Shown: positions 46,400 to 58,153, counted from the first letter of the stretch. The stretch is 64,000 nucleotides of DNA from Phyllosticta citribraziliensis (GCF_038025025.1 NW_027117339.1:372001-436000); one strand, 5' to 3'. A program made the numbers and translations. The notes: generated from the sequence alone by a model not told the origin.

Positions 46400-49300
46400 A
46401 TGGCATACCAGGGATCAGGAGCCTATGGCGACAGCCATAACTTGAACGACATGCGCCCAGGGGCCGGTGTTAGTAAACCCCTCAGCCCCCCGTCAGGCTA
46501 CCGACCCCTTCCTTCTTGCTGACCCTCCCTTCCATGTCACAGTACGACCATCCAGCTCACCGTGACGGCTCCGACGACGAGCACGAGGTCGAGCGCTCCC
46601 TTCTCCACCCCAATCCCACCGGCGCCAACCCAGGTCCCTTTGACGACCCCGACCACAGAATGCCTTCGCCTGCGCCGCGTCCTGTTTCGGCCTACTCCCT
46701 GACCGAAACTTACGCCGACGGCTCTTCGGCCACTGCTCCTGGATACACCGCCAGCAGTGCCTACAGCGCCGGCTACAACGAGGCCGACGACGTCTACGGC
46801 GGCACCGATGCCGCTCAATCCTTTGGCGTCCCCAATAGGACCCCTTCTCCCTACAGCAGGAGCGAGACGAGCTCGACAGAGGCATGGCGGCAGCGCCAGC
46901 AGCCTGGTGGACAGGGCGGCGGCGGCGGTCTCAAGCGTGGTTTGACGCGCAAGGTCCGCCTCGTTCAGGGCGCTGTCCTGAGTGCCGACTATCCTGTCCC
47001 TTCTGCCATCCAAAATGCCATCCAGGCAAAGTACAGAAATGACCTCGAGAGCGGAAGCGAAGAATTCACCCACATGCGCTGTAAGTCCAGTCTTGTCACC
47101 GCCATGATTTTCAACCGTCTGACGTGCGCCTAGACACGGCCGCTACTTGCGACCCCAACGATTTTACCCTGAAAAATGGTTACAATCTGCGTCCGGCCAT
47201 GTACAACCGCCACACCGAGTTGCTCATTGCCATTACCTACTACAACGAAGACAAGGTCTTGACCGCCAGAACGCTGCACGGTGTCATGCAAAACATTCGC
47301 GACATTGTCAACCTCAAAAAGTCCGAGTTCTGGAACAAGGGTGGCCCCGCGTGGCAAAAGATTGTTGTTTGTTTGGTGTTTGACGGTATCGACCCCTGCG
47401 ACAAGGGCACGCTTGACTTGCTCGCAACCGTCGGTATTTACCAGGACGGCATCATGAAGAAGGATATTGACGGCAAGGAGACGACGGCACACATTGTGCG
47501 TTTTCAATTCCAAACAACTCGTGCAGCTGCTGACCCTCTCTAGTTCGAGTACACCACTCAGCTTTCCGTCACCCCCAACCAGCAGCTCATCCGGCCGCAC
47601 GATGACAGCTCCAGCACGCTGCCCCCCGTCCAGATGATGTTCTGCTTGAAGCAAAAGAACACCAAGAAGATCAACTCGCACAGATGGCTCTTCACCGCCT
47701 TTGGCAGGATTCTGAACCCCGAAGTCTGCATTCTGCTCGACGCTGGTACCAAGCCCGGTCCCAAGTCCCTCTTGGCCCTCTGGGAGGCCTTTTACAATGA
47801 CAAGGACCTCGGCGGTGCCTGTGGTGAAATTCACGCCATGTTGGGCAAGGGCTGGAAGAACCTCGTCAACCCGCTCGTCGCCGCGCAAAACTTCGAGTAC
47901 AAGATTTCCAACATTCTGGATAAACCCCTCGAGTCGTCGTTTGGTTACGTCTCCGTGTTGCCCGGTGCCTTTTCTGCTTACCGCTTCCGCGCCATCATGG
48001 GTCGTCCCCTGGAGCAGTACTTCCACGGTGACCACACGCTGTCCAAGATTCTCGGAAAGAAGGGTATCGAGGGCATGAACATTTTCAAGAAGAACATGTT
48101 CTTGGCCGAGGACCGTATTCTCTGTTTCGAACTCGTCGCCAAGGCTGGATCCAAGTGGCATTTGACCTATGTCAAGGCTTCCAAGGGTGAAACTGATGTT
48201 CCTGAAGGTGCTCCCGAATTCATCGGTCAGCGTCGTCGTTGGCTCAACGGTTCCTTTGCGGCCAGTATCTACTCGCTCATGCACTTTAGCCGCATGTACA
48301 AGTCGGGACACAACTTTGTCCGCATGTTCTTCTTCCACGTCCAAATGGTCTACAACTCGGCTCAGCTCTTCATCACCTGGTTCGCTCTGGCTTCGTACTG
48401 GCTCACTACTTCGGTCATCATGGATCTCGTCGGTATTCCCACGGCGGCAAACGAAAAGACTGGAGTTGCGCAAAAGAACGCCTGGCCCTTTGGAAACACT
48501 GTCACGCCCATCTTCAACACGGTCCTCAAGTACGGCTACCTTGCGTTCCTGCTGCTCCAGTTCATTCTCGCGCTTGGTAACCGTCCCAAGGGTTCCCGCT
48601 ACTCGTACGTCGTGTCGTTCTTCGTCTTCGGCTTCATCCAGCTCTACATTGTCGTCATCTCCATGTACCTTGTGGTGCAGGCCTTTACGAGTCCGACGGA
48701 ACAGGGCCTGGACACGAGCTCGACTTCGGCCTTTGTCAAGTCCTTCTTCTCCTCGGACGGCGTCGGTATCATCATCATCGCCCTGGCTGCTACCTTTGGT
48801 CTCTACTACATTGCCTCGTTCATGTACCTCGACCCGTGGCACATGTTCACGTCGTTCCCCCAGTACCTGCTGATTGCGTCCTCTTACATCAACATCCTCA
48901 ACGTCTACGCTTTCAGCAACTGGCACGATGTTTCTTGGGGTACCAAGGGTTCCGACAAGGCCGATGTGCTGCCCTCTGCAAAGACAGAAAAGGCTGGCGA
49001 CGGCAAGCATACCGTCATTGAAGAGCCCGATGTGCCGCAAGCCGACATTGACAGCCAATTTGAGCAGACGGTCAAGCGCGCGCTGCAGCCCTACGTTCCT
49101 GAGCCTGAAGACACCTCGAAGAGTCTTGACGATTCGTACAAGTCTTTCCGTACTCACTTGACGACTGCATGGATTTTCTCCAACGCCCTCTTGGCCGTTG
49201 TCATCACCAGCGACAACTTTGACAAGTTTGGTTTCACGGTATGTTTCTCTTGCCACAATCACAATTTCTTGCGCTAACAACTTCTAGTCTGGTGCCTCGA

Positions 49301-49425
49301 AACGTACTTCCCGCTTCTTCCAGGCCCTCCTGTGGGCTACTGCGTTCATGTCCTTCATTCGTTTCCTCGGCTGCTTGTGGTTCCTGGGCAAGTCTGGTAT
49401 CCTGTGCTGCTTCGCCAGGAGATGA
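46400..49425 (+). CDS. chsB: Chitin synthase, class III (Aspergillus ChsB/ChsG type). Introns 46469-46542, 47081-47133, 47496-47543, 49239-49287
   Basis: [79 protein letters not shown] and SWGTKG motifs. Class III-type C-terminus GILCCFARR*. Confidence 0.97.
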
Positions 49426-50913
49426 GAGGTTTTTGAGACATGCTTATCTTCTCAAAACGATACCCGCGATTTCGAAGAAAAAAACAAGTTGCTTGCTGCC
49501 TGGGCCGCTCCAAAGCAATGTCGATGTTTGTGTGAAATACAAAGGAAGAAAGAAAAACAAAACGAAATCCAGGAGGGGGATTTCCTCGATGATGATGACG
49601 ATGGGCGCTTTTGGCATGCATTTTCGCTTCATGGGGCCCCTTTTCCAGGTTTGAAGGAATGGGGAAGATTTGGGGTGGCATGGGGTGGGATTGAGGGGGA
49701 TGTGTCGGGTTGGTCGATGGAGGGTGGACATACCATGGCGTGTTTTGGTGTCGTTTTTCCAGCCTCTTTTTCTTTTCTTTTCGCTTTTTTCCCTCTTAAT
49801 TTCTCAACCTCTCCAGACCCCCTTTTGAGAGTTTGGTCACATTTTCTTGTTGCTGGTGTTGTTGTTTTGCGGCGATTGTGAGAATCTGTCGCTGTTGTTT
49901 GGCTGTTGTACATGTTTTTGTTTTGCATATTTGCACAGCGACCCACCCCATTCTACATTTACATTACCTACCAAGGCTACACCACTACATATCAACCGAC
50001 TCGACGGACCAACCAGACGATTTGGCATGACACCACCACCACCACTGCCTCTTCCTACATGCGTATGTAGTCTAGTGGTTGCATGCATTCTACAGCCGCC
50101 CCTGCCCTGCCACTTTTTTTTTGTTATTATTTTTTTCTTTTTTTTTTTTCGTTTCGACGAGCAAATGAGCGAGCGAGTGCGCCCGTCCCATCCATCTCTT
50201 GCCCTGCTTTGTTCGCTTCGACACTGCTGTATTTATGTAGTTGTATATTTACATGTATATCTATCTCTCTTGTACTTTACGACGACAAGTGTTGTCGATT
50301 CGTGAAATTGGCAATGATTTCTCAGGAGGCAGGATTTTTGTTGCAATGTGTGCGTTGCAGTTTGCGCGCATAATGGAGAGGGTGGCTGGTTATGTAGCTG
50401 GTTGGTTGGTTGCATGCACCACCTACCACCGGTTTTGTGTTTTGCTGCTGGTCGTCGTCGTTTTAAGAAACGCCGCCGCCAAAGTTTGTTGTCCTCCTTA
50501 CGCTCACTTAGGGTGCGAGAGGATCGAAGGTTAAGGTACCTCCCGCCGCCGCCGCGGGCGTTGACTAGGTACTGGCGTCATGCCAGTATGGGGTGCTGTG
50601 GCACAGGTGTTGAGTTTGCTCCAAGCGATGGGTGCGTTGTCTTAAGCGTGGTCTGTGCGTGCGCTGGCTGCAGGCAGGGCTTGCTTGGTTGGCTTGGCTT
50701 GGCTCCCTGCAGGTGAGCACAGAACCGCGACCAGCGTCTTTCTCGGCCAACCAACGACCTGCCTCCACTTGTTGGTCGACGAACGACAAGTTGACTTGAA
50801 CGTTGTGTTTGGACGTTGTTTATTGTTTTTCGAGCGCGCTTTGAGGGGACGGAGCTAGGTACTGTCGTCGACCGGATTGGATTGGCTTGAAGAGCTCGGA
50901 ATTGAGACTGGGA

Positions 50914-50963
50914 CACCACTACCACCACTACCACCACTACCACCACTACCACCACTACCACCA
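50914..50963. repeat. (CCACTACCA)n 9-bp tandem repeat in the rib7 leader region
   Basis: About 5.5 copies, read directly. Confidence 0.9.
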
Positions 50964-50990
50964 CACCACCGCAAGAGCAAGGACAGCAGA

Positions 50991-51893
50991 ATGGCAGACG
51001 CAGCAGAGCAGCAGCAACAACAAATGGCATCCCGCGACGCCCTCGTCTTCCCCGAAGCCCTCGCGGCCCCTCTATCGCCGTACCTGCCTCCGCCCGCCTC
51101 ACCCTCACCATCAGCATCCAACACCACCAAACCCTTCACAACCCTCACCTTCGCCTCCTCGCTCGACTCGTCCCTCTCCCTCGCCCCCGGCACGCGCACC
51201 GCCCTCTCCGGCCCGCTCTCCAAAGCCATGACGCACCACCTGCGCGCCGCGCACGACGCCATCCTCGTCGGCGCCGGCACCGCGCTCGCCGACGACCCGG
51301 GCCTCAACTGCCGCATCCTGGGCGTCGGCGGCTACGGCGATGGGAGTGAGCCGCCGCTGCATCGCCAGCCGCGGCCTGTTGTCGTCGACGCGCGCGGTCG
51401 TTGGGAGTGGTGTGCTGAGCATGGCAACGAAGATGGGGCCCTGGCGAAGGTGCTGCAGCTGGCGCGGCAGGGCCGCGGGCGCGCGCCGTGGGTGCTCGTG
51501 GGCGAGGGCGTGGCGGCGCGCTTGTCGGCGGCGCGGAAGCGCGTCCTCGAAGACGCCGGGGGCCGCGTGCTCGAAGTCGGCGTCGGGGCGGACGGCTTCA
51601 TGGCGTGGGGCGATGTGCTGGGGGTGCTGGGGCGCGAGGGCGTCGGCAGCGTCATGATCGAGGGCGGCGCGGGCGTCATCAACGCGCTGCTCGCGCCGCG
51701 CAACATGGCGCTCGTCGACTCGGTCATTGTCACGATTGCGCCGACGTGGTTGGGGCAGGGCGGCGTCGTCGTGAGTCCGCCGCGGCGGACGGATGGGGAG
51801 GGGGGAGGTGCGGTGCCGGCTGCGAGGTTGCGCGATGTGAAGTGGTGTCCGATGGGCGACGATGTGGTGCTTTGTGGACGGTTGGGTGCGTGA
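50991..51893 (+). CDS. rib7: 2,5-diamino-6-ribosylamino-4(3H)-pyrimidinone 5'-phosphate reductase (riboflavin biosynthesis). Alternative start 51024
   Basis: PFTTLTFASSLDS, SKAMTHHLRAAHDAILVGAGTALADDPGLNCR, QPRPVVVD and SVMIEGGAGVI are RibD C-terminal reductase motifs. Confidence 0.95.
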   Translation: MADAAEQQQQQMASRDALVFPEALAAPLSPYLPPPASPSPSASNTTKPFTTLTFASSLDSSLSLAPGTRTALSGPLSKAMTHHLRAAHDAILVGAGTALADDPGLNCRILGVGGYGDGSEPPLHRQPRPVVVDARGRWEWCAEHGNEDGALAKVLQLARQGRGRAPWVLVGEGVAARLSAARKRVLEDAGGRVLEVGVGADGFMAWGDVLGVLGREGVGSVMIEGGAGVINALLAPRNMALVDSVIVTIAPTWLGQGGVVVSPPRRTDGEGGGAVPAARLRDVKWCPMGDDVVLCGRLGA

Positions 51894-51954
51894 TTCAGAC
51901 GACATCATCTCAGTTGTCATGGATTCCGCTCCGCCCAAGAGACTACATGCTCGC

Positions 51955-53259
51955 TCATCCAGCTACGTTCTCGGCCTTGCGTTCGCCGTTGATGCCCACC
52001 ACGCCTTCTGCCCGCGCCGCCTCGGTCTGAGGAGCAGCATACAGCTTTCCAATGGCCTCCATGGTGGTATTGCCGCCGCTCAACACGATGCCAACGTTCC
52101 AGCCCTCCTCTCCCGCCTCTCGTTCAACCAGTCTACGAAACTCCTCATTGTACAGCGCCACAGCCAAACCCAGCGCCGCCGTCGGCTCGACAAACACCTT
52201 CATGCGCTCCATCAACAGGCGCAGCGCCTTCTTGATCTCGTCCTCGCTGACCGCAAACACGTCCTGCACCTTGGTCTTGTCGCTGATGACGGTCCACGGT
52301 ATCTCGCCGACGGGCGTGCGCACGCCGTCGGCTATCGTCAGCGACTTGACGGCCTCGATGCGCCGGCCCTGCTTCAGCCCTCTGCGCGCGTCGTCGGCGC
52401 CCTCGAAGCTGGGCTCGGCGCCAAACACGCGGATTCCCGTGCCGGCGAGCGCCGTCGCGACGCCCGACAGCATACCACCTCCTCCACAGGGCGCAATGAC
52501 GGCGTCCAGACCCTTCGCCGCATCGCGCACGCTGAGCGCCGGCGCCGCGGCCACGGCGTCGGCGACCTGCGCCTCGAACTCCAGCGCCAGCGTGCCCTGC
52601 CCGAGTATGATGTCCGGGTGGTCGTAAGGCGGGACGAGGACGGCGCCCGTCTCGGCGACGACGTCGCGCACGACGGCCTCGCGCTCCGGCGCCGTGCTGC
52701 CGCTGAAGCGGATCGTCGCGCCGTAGCCGCGGGTTGCGGCGATCTTGGACGGCGTGCTGATGGACGGCATGACGATGTAGGCGGGGACGCCGCGCGTGCG
52801 GGCCGCGAGCGACAGCGCTGCTGCGTGGTTGCCTGTGTGCGTGCGCAGGTGTCAGCATGGATGCGAGATCACCAAGGCTGAATCGACTGAAGCTCTGGGT
52901 ATCTGGGCATGCCTCTGCGCAGTACATTACGCACCAGAGCTATGCGTCACGACGCCGCGCGCCAGCTGCTCGTCGCTCAACCGCGACAGCGCGTGAAAAG
53001 CGCCGCGCGCCTTGAACGCGCCGACGCGCTGCTGGTTCTCGCACTTGAAGAACAGCCGCATGTGCGGCGCGGCGGGCTGCGCTCCCGCCGCATCATCCTC
53101 GGTCCCTTCTAGCTGTTCGCGCGTCTGGGGCGTACTCGCGAATGTCGACAGCGTCGTGCTGGTGGCGATGGGCGTGCGGTGGATGTGCGGGGCGATGGCG
53201 GCGTGGGCGGCGACGACCGAGGCGCGCGTGAGCGGGGAGCAGGTCGATGGGTCTGCCAT
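51955..53259 (-). CDS. PLP-dependent serine racemase / threo-3-hydroxyaspartate ammonia-lyase (SRY1-like, Ser/Thr dehydratase family). Intron 52833-52934
   Basis: FKCENQQRVGAFKARGA (PLP lysine), THSSG|NHA, PPYDHPDIILGQGT, PCGGGGMLSG, VEPTAA and LSGGN motifs. Confidence 0.93.
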
Positions 53260-54207
53260 TATGATGGCGCGAAGCTAAGAGAGACTGCACAGAATGAACA
53301 GAACGAACAGAACAGGACAGAATAGAAGCTTGGGCTGTACGAGGAGTAGAATTAGGCGACGCGTGCGCGGGGCTTGGTCTACATTCTACAAGGCAGAGAA
53401 AAGGAACGGAAGAATGTAGCTGCCCATGTGGTGGCTAATCATTCAGGCGTGAGCGATGGCGCGATAGGTGGGTGGTGTTCGCTGCGCTTGACTGTTCAGC
53501 CGACCGACCGACGGCAGCGGCGGCGGCGTCGGCAACGGGAGGAGTGGGCCGAGCCGATGCGGGTATGCACTACAACTACAACTAAACTGCAACAACATCG
53601 TCTCTTCATTCATTGTGTCTGTCTCGCCGATTGGTGCGTCATCAGGGGATAGGAGATGGTCTAGATATCCGCCCTCTCTGCCATCCGCTTCTTTCTGACG
53701 TTTACAGCGTGCGACCGCTCCGTTGACTGGAAGAGATGGTGGTCGAGTTGACCGCGTACCGGTGCTTTCTCAATGCGTGGGAGAATGAGGAGAAAGCAAA
53801 AAGAAAAGAAAGAAAGAAAGAAGGAATGAAGGAACGAAGGACGCATGCGTCATTTCTCTGACGGCACCCATCTGCCTCTCAAACAACTCTTCTCGCCGTC
53901 GAGCATGCCTTGGCTGATTCGTGATGCAGCAATTCTTCTTCGCAGAGTGCAAGGAAACAACGGTCACAAGCAGAGAACCCGCGGAGAAGCAGAGGCAACT
54001 TGAGATTGAAAGTCGGCATCCATTGACAAAGCACCAACACGCGCCAACACCGCCTTCCAAAACGCGACCTCAAAAACCGAACTGCAGACGACGCAGACGA
54101 CACACGAAAAGACATGAGTCCATCTCAGCATCTCCATCAGCGACGATGATGGAGAAGTGACCGCCTGGCACGACGTGGACGTGTGGACTCTTCGCCAGGC
54201 TAAAAGC

Positions 54208-54400
54208 AAAAACGCCTGGAAATGCCCGACAGTCTATAAACGCCTGGAAATGCACGACAAGTCTATAAACGCCTGCAAATGCTGCAAAGACTCCTGAAAA
54301 TGCACAAAAACACCTGTAAATGCTGCAAGGACTCCTGCAAATGCTGCAAAAACACCTGAAAATGCAACAAAAACGCCTGAAAATGCCCGACGCGGTCTAG
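54208..54400. repeat. Degenerate minisatellite, 8 units with core ACNCCTGNAAATGC (period 20-21 bp; first two units 29-30 bp)
   Basis: Units read directly, e.g. aaacgcctggaaatgc, gactcctgaaaatgc, aaacacctgtaaatgc, aaacgcctgaaaatgc. Confidence 0.9.
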
Positions 54401-54421
54401 AAGAAGGAGCGGGGATGCGGT

Positions 54422-54718
54422 CTAGTAGTACGCGAGGGGATACTCGTCGCGAGGGAAGGCGACCTCGCAATACCGCCTGCGAGGAGCGGAGGCGGCGGCA
54501 GCTTTGGCCTTGGCTTCCCGGCGAGCCTTTTTTTGCGCCTTCGCCGCAGCTTTCGCCGCGACGACCTCCCGCCGGAGGATTTCCTTTCTCATGTGGCGCT
54601 GCCACTCATCCAGGCCCTCGTCAAAAGCGGCAGAGGCGGATTCCGACGCGGCACTTGATGCGGAGGCGCGGTGGCCCCTGTTTCGGAGGAGGGAGAGCAG
54701 CGAGCGGAGGAGATGCAT
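54422..54718 (-). CDS. Candidate 98-aa orphan protein (basic, Ala/Lys-rich helix)
   Basis: ATG with a purine at -3 (GACATG), GC-rich codons, a CA-rich leader, and a natural-looking sequence MHLLRSLLSLLRNR..WQRHMRKEILRREVVAAKAAAKAQKKARRE..DEYPLAYY*. I recognise no family. Confidence 0.5.
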   Translation of the reverse strand: MHLLRSLLSLLRNRGHRASASSAASESASAAFDEGLDEWQRHMRKEILRREVVAAKAAAKAQKKARREAKAKAAAASAPRRRYCEVAFPRDEYPLAYY

Positions 54719-54806
54719 GTCTGTGGGATCGTTAGCCGCTGCGGAGAACAGAGTGTTGGGGCCGATGGAGAACAGCTTCAACTTACTGGGGGTGCTGGTA
54801 CTCGTG

Positions 54807-54847
54807 GTGTGTGTGTGTGTGTCTGTGTGTGTGTGCGTGTGTGTGTG
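54807..54847. repeat. (GT)n/(CA)n microsatellite
   Basis: Read directly, with two interruptions. Confidence 0.95.
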
Positions 54848-55694
54848 AAGAGTAGCCAGCGGGTTTCGAAATTTCTGGGGGGTGCGGCACCCTTTTGTGT
54901 CTGCGCGAGGGGCTAGTTAGTCAGACTCGTTGGAGACAGGAGTTCAATCTCAAGGGCGTCAGGAGAAGCAAGCGCTGCGTTGAAGTGTTCATGTGAAGAG
55001 CAAGATTTGGATTCGATTTGGCGACGAAAAGCGAATCCATGGCAAAAGAATTCGAGGAGATGATATCGGAAGTCGGCCATTGAACGACCGACTGGTAGAC
55101 CCCTTCTGAGACGTTCTTTCGTGGGCCTGTCCTTGGTCGTGGACCAGGTGAGAGTTGGACGTTAAGCTGTTGTGAGACATTGGCGGTGAAATTCGCCAAT
55201 TTTGAGGAGTCAGGGACGACGGCAATGGACCCTGTGCTCAAAAATCAGGGTCACAGGGCTATTATTTGATAGGACAGGCACGGTTGGGAAAACAGCATGG
55301 CCACTGGAGCCACAAGTCAACAGGGACCAAGTAACACATGGCGACATGACTCCTGGAAACTTGGATCGAAGGGTTTTTGGACCCTGGAATCAGTCATATC
55401 ACCCACCACTGGGACTGTATCCAGGGACCTGTCGATTCATGTGAAAATCGTGAATCCATTTTCTGTGCGGACGTCGTACTCATTGCTAAAACAGATGTGT
55501 CGTCGAGTTCCCAACCAAGTAGATAGGCCTGCCGTCCCAGCTAGAATTCCAACGGAAAGGCAGGTGTTTTGAAGCTTCGAGTACCCCGTAGAAATACCGT
55601 ACATCCAGTAGACAGTAAGACCAGACCACCAAGGAAATCGAAAGCGCTGCGGTGGTCCATGACATTCGCCATCCCAAGTCGGTGCTCCAGAGCA

Positions 55695-56756
55695 TCAGTA
55701 CGTCACATTGTACCTGCCAAACTGGTCCTGCTTGACCTGCTTGACACCAGGACCCACCCAAACTCCTCTGTTGCGAGGCCTGTCGACATCCATGCCACCA
55801 TTCGCGCTCCAGGCCTCCTCCATGCCCTTGCGGTGATTGCTCTTGGGCTTGCCGTCCCTAAGTCTCAGTTTCTCAAAGAAGACGTACGCGGCGTAGTACA
55901 CGACGCTCGTGTTGCCGGCATCGGCTCCCTTTTTGTCACGGAACGCCGTGAGCTGCCGCGACTGGATGCTCTTGGGCTTCTTGGGCGTGTGGCACATGGC
56001 CGCGAGGTCGCGGCAGAACTGCGCTTGCGTGACGCCCGGCTCGCGCAGGTGTGCGTTGATTTTCTTGCGGATCTCGTCGCAGCTGTCGTAGACTTCGACG
56101 TCGTCCGTGTCTTCCTTGGGCAGCGTGATGTCGGCGAGGTCGGCGGCCGTGATGGCGCCACTACCCTTCTTCTTCGTTGTTGTTTTGGACTTGTCGCCTG
56201 CTTCCTCCGTGTTGCTTGTTTGGGGAGTAGCTTCTTTGGAGTCTTTCTTTTGCTTTTTGTTGGCGGATGCGGCCGTTGGCAGCTTGAGACCCTTTTTCTC
56301 GCGCCAGTTGAAGTAGATGAGCGACTTGGCGTAGGTGTCAGACTCGGCGCCCTTCATAGGACCGCTCTGCTTCATGTAGCTGTTGTATGACTTGTTTGAA
56401 ACATTGATGATTTTGCAAAACTCGCCAATCTTCATCGCGCCATTGTCGATGAGACGGTGAATCATGCGGCGTACTTGGTTGCAGTCCTTGTCAAAGTGCA
56501 CCCCCTCAAATGTGTATTGTTCCTGGATTTTTTCCCACAGCTCCCTGTCATCTTCGCCATCGGATGCCTCTTCGGGCGCAGGACGCTTTTTGGGCGCTTT
56601 GGTGGTTGCTTTCTCTTTCTCGGCCGAGGCAGCAACGAAGTCCGGCAGGGACGCGTTGCTGATGTCTGCCAAGACGCGTCTGCTTTCCTAATTGCACAGA
56701 TGAGAAATATTCGAGTGGCGTTGGAGCGACTGGGAGAGAACGCGTACGGTGGCCAT
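55695..56756 (-). CDS. Conserved hypothetical protein with two tandem copies of a small helical domain (possibly DUF7726-like). Probable intron 56688-56747 after a 3-codon first exon
   Basis: The track's ORF begins at TTG. ATG GCC ACC|GTACGC..TAG|GAA AGC AGA joins in frame (MAT|ESRRVLADISN). Internal repeat: DCNQVRRMI..EFC..G..S..Y....YF versus SCDEIRKKI..QFC..G..S.VYYAAYVFF. Confidence 0.85.
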
Positions 56757-57028
56757 TGTTTCCGATCGAATTTATAAAATGCAGGGGAGAGTTGTTGAGT
56801 TGAGCGTAGGGTGGAGTGATGGTCCCAGTCGACGTTAGATCGGCTAGCTGCGCGCGTCATCGCCGATCCGACAAGGTCCGTTGTGTTTGTTAAAACGCGA
56901 TATCACGTGAGACTTGGGTCTTTACAAGGAGGTCCCAGTCTTTGCATCTTGAGTCGTCTGTAAAAGCTGAACTCATGGCGGCATTGTAAAGCTCAATTAA
57001 TCGTCTCGGTTGATGCAAATTGTCTACT

Positions 57029-58153
57029 CTAACCCAGTGTGGTCTGACGCCTCTGAGTAGCCTTCTGCTGTCGCACTGGCAATGCAGCCTCTTCGGGCTG
57101 ACCAAAGACAAGCTCTGGGTTGTAGGTCTTTTCGATGATGCTCGCTCCGTCAATGAGCCTGTTCTTCTCGATCCGCTCCTGGTCAATCTGGAGTCTCTCC
57201 TGCCACTTCGCGTCCAGGTTCTTTCGGCGGTCCGCCGTCATGGTCCACTCTTCTGGGAATTGGTGCCATGGCTTGGGCTTGTGGTGCCGGAAATCAAACG
57301 GAACGTCGGCGAATGTGTCCTTGGGGTTTCTGGATTCGTCGAGGAGGTTCTTGATGAGTTGACCGAGGTATCGCTTGTTTTGGGCCTGCGTCTGAAAGTT
57401 TTCGGCACTCATCTTCACGGCGCCGGTCTCGGGGTTGTAGCGTGGTCCGGAAAGCTTGATCAGCTTGTCCTTTTGCACCTGGGTCAGGTTGGGCAGGTCA
57501 TGGACGCTGAACTGAACCGTGACCTTGTTCTGGGCCGGGTGCGATTCACCCATGTATGTCGTGTAGCGGAATCGCAACGGAGTCTGCTCGTTGGGAGGCT
57601 GGAACGGCTTTGCGTACTCTACAATCATTCATCAGCTTGTGATATCAATTGCAGCGCCGAGACGCTTACTTGCGAGCAGAGGCATCTCCCACGCTGCTTT
57701 GCGCATGTAGTCGCGGATTTCCCTCTGCTGGTCCAGCTCTGCGTGACCGAAGGTCGGAATGTCGTCGCCCTCCCACTTGTCATCCTCGCCAGCTGAAGCT
57801 TCACCCTCATTCCAGAAGCCCTTTTGCTGCCTCCTCTTCCTGTTTGCCAACGACTCTGGAAGACGCACGCCCTTCAAAGTCTCCTGGGACATTGTACGCC
57901 TGGACGGCAGCTCGCCGAACATCTGCTTGAACTCTTCATACTGTGCCTCCTCGAGGTCTCTGGCCGGATCGGTGCGCTTGACGGGCTTGGCCTTCTCTTT
58001 TGCTGATCGCGACGGCGTTGACGAGAAGCATCTCTGCAGCTGCGGCCGAGGCGGAGCGACAGAATCGCGGGTGCATTGGGCCAGGGCGCGAGAGGGATTG
58101 GTGCCCACCCAGGAGCGAGCATAGAAGCTCACATTCTTCGAAGCAGTGGCCAT
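57029..58153 (-). CDS. rsm24: Mitochondrial small-subunit ribosomal protein mS35 (37S S24). Intron 57619-57669
   Basis: GHAELDQQREIRDYMRKAAWEMPLLA|KYAKPF..PLRFRYTTYMGESHPAQNKV..KLIKLSGPRYNP..QAQNKRYL..DTFADVPFDFRHHK. Confidence 0.93.

Noticed and set aside
47130..49280. 716-codon minus-strand ORF
   Set aside because: Antisense shadow of chitin synthase. It crosses intron 3 only because that intron is 48 nt, a multiple of three.
50877..50990. Poly-(PPL) N-terminal extension of Rib7
   Set aside because: It starts at TTG and derives from a 9-bp tandem repeat, so it is most likely 5' UTR.
54208..54400. CRISPR-like appearance of the repeat array
   Set aside because: Eukaryotic context, degenerate units, no unique spacers of regular length and no cas genes.
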